A DNA stretch of 64,000 nt from Tubiluchus corallicola (lineage: Eukaryota > Animalia > Priapulida): positions 32,599-96,598 of the forward strand of contig JAQGDQ010000501.1 in the NCBI GenBank assembly GCA_030141605.1. Reading direction: 5' to 3'. A program made the translations under genes and the position numbers. The notes below the pieces were generated by a model, which did no database searches, had not been told where the DNA came from, and saw only the letters and a program-made list of their open reading frames with translations. Every line of letters begins with the position of its first letter. Position 1 is the stretch's first letter. Below, one piece after another: positions 62,383 through 64,000 of this stretch.

Positions 62383-63106
62383 TTCTAGGAATAAAATGTC
62401 CAAAGAAAACATCAAACAAGGAGATCTGCATAATAAAGTCAAGGCAGAGGAAAGGACAGTTAAAACCAAAAGGAGAAGATTAAAATGAATAGAACATCAG
62501 AGACTACCAGATGGCAGCACATTAAAATTAGTCTTCAAAGAAGCACTGCAGAAAGAAAAGAAACCACAAGGAGGACAGCTGCTGACTTACATCAGTTTCA
62601 CCCAAAACGATCTTATCAACACACCATTAGATACCATCAAAAATACAAAGACATGGGAGGTTGAGGGTGACAGGGCAGCATGGAGTAAAGTGATCAGGAG
62701 GGTCATGTCAGACGGTGTGTGACTCCAGAGAAGATGATGATGATGATGATGATAAAGAGGAGGAAAGCTGCTGACTTACATCAATTTCATCTAAAAAGAT
62801 CTTATCAACACATCATTAGATATCAAAAATACAGAGACATGGGAGGTTGAGGGTGACAGGGCAGCATGGAGTAAAGTGATCAGGAGGGTCACGTCAGAAG
62901 ACGTGTGACTCCAGAGATGATGATGATAAAGAGGAGGACAGCTGCTGACTTACATCAATTTCATCCAAAAAGATCTTATCAACACACCATTAGATACCAT
63001 CAAAAACACAGAGACACGGGAGGTTGTGGGTGACAGGGCAGCATGGAGTAAAGTGATCAGGAAGCTCATGTCAAACGACGGGTGACTCCAGAGATGATGA
63101 TGATGG

Positions 63107-63143
<37 letters not shown>
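62383..63143 (+). mobile_element. RTE-like LINE 3' remnant whose last ~180 bp are present three times in tandem, each with a (GAT)n tail
   Basis: Degenerate KRRRLK..H.RLP..EAL..KKPQGGQLLTY; the unit GAGGA(C/A)AGCTGCTGACTTACATC..GACTCCAGAGA(GAT)n starts at ~62570, ~62760 and ~62933. Confidence 0.65.
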
Positions 63144-63631
63144 ATAAAAAATAATTTCTCTGTGAATAAAGTTACAGTTGTAACATGGCCTTATTCAACG
63201 AGATAATCAAATGCACGTCTGGTATTCAAAATTATGGCAAGCAAGAACTGACTATCTTTATTTTATCTTTATTTCTCAAAAAAACTTATATAGTTTACCA
63301 AATCGTTGACATCGAAAATGTTCCAAAAAAGTCTAAATCACCTTTTAGTTCGATTTTAGTGTGGCCCTAAAACGATGTCACTTTTTTCCCTCATGTACAC
63401 GAACGCATTGGTTCAAACATCAATTTCGAAACTTCTTACGGTGGCATAATTGTTGTTTAATCGAATTCACAAGATTTCTCTGTCACAATAGAAAGTTTAG
63501 CGAAGTTATTCCAGCGAGAGTCACCGGAACTGCTAAAACTGCTGGACTTTGATACTGCAATCTTTTGCTGTTGATGTACTTCGTGATACTGCTAGTAGCT
63601 TGCATTTCGTTTGTTTAAACAGTGATGTAAC

Positions 63632-63705
63632 CAGGGGCGTATTAACCAACAGGCTAACTAAGCTATTGCCTAGGGTGCCAAAGTTTGAGGGGCGTCACAT
63701 TTTAG
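63632..63705 (+). mobile_element. Probable left end of another hAT-like MITE
   Basis: CAGGGGCG start and GC-rich subterminal sequence; the partner TIR is not in the window. Confidence 0.35.
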
Positions 63706-64000
63706 GAAAAATTCTTCTCCTCGGAAAATCTGTATACTTTCATATCCATGTAAAGGGTGTATTTTATAACACACCACAGGCAGTTGTCGATCACGGAGTT
63801 TATATAAGTGCCACATAATAAACAGGTGCAAAGTGTTACACAATAAGCAATTGTGCAGCCTTCTTGAATATAAGCGCTGTGCCAATACATGTATAATTAA
63901 TAGTGACCCAGGTTAATAGTGTTTTTAACACACCACAAGTAATTGTTTAATCTCCTCATTACATAAACGTTTTTCCGGCGTACATTTTTTACTTGTTAAA

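Overview
AT-rich, intron-containing metazoan DNA, probably a marine invertebrate (inferred from gene and repeat families; the taxon cannot be fixed from sequence alone). There is one small assembly gap (NNN, 35342-35344). Genes recognised: (1) the 3' part of a secreted EGF-repeat/TSP1 protein gene built from tandemly duplicated 111/114-nt exons (+, 49-7596); (2) a Tyr/His/Gly-rich secreted-peptide exon that is absent from the ORF track (+, 12816-13058); (3) an intronless 2721-aa polycystin-1-family gene with an unusual ectodomain, followed directly after its stop codon by a ~100-bp-arm hairpin (-, 16991-25156); (4) a two-exon B4GAT1-like GT49 glycosyltransferase (-); (5) eight 5' exons of a DUOX-like gene (-, 53668-38744) with an antisense C-type lectin exon in its first intron; (6) a four-exon secreted, probably GPI-anchored BBE-like FAD oxidase (-, 61237-54469). 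In the oxidase, the exon 3/intron 3 junction has been tandemly amplified into 24 in-frame 57-bp units, each with its own splice donor. The remainder is CR1/L2 and RTE LINE remnants, 5S- and tRNA-derived SINEs, Helitron-, Kolobok-, piggyBac-, hAT- and mariner-type non-autonomous elements, a solo LTR and many mini/microsatellites. Exon boundaries were read by eye and need RNA confirmation.
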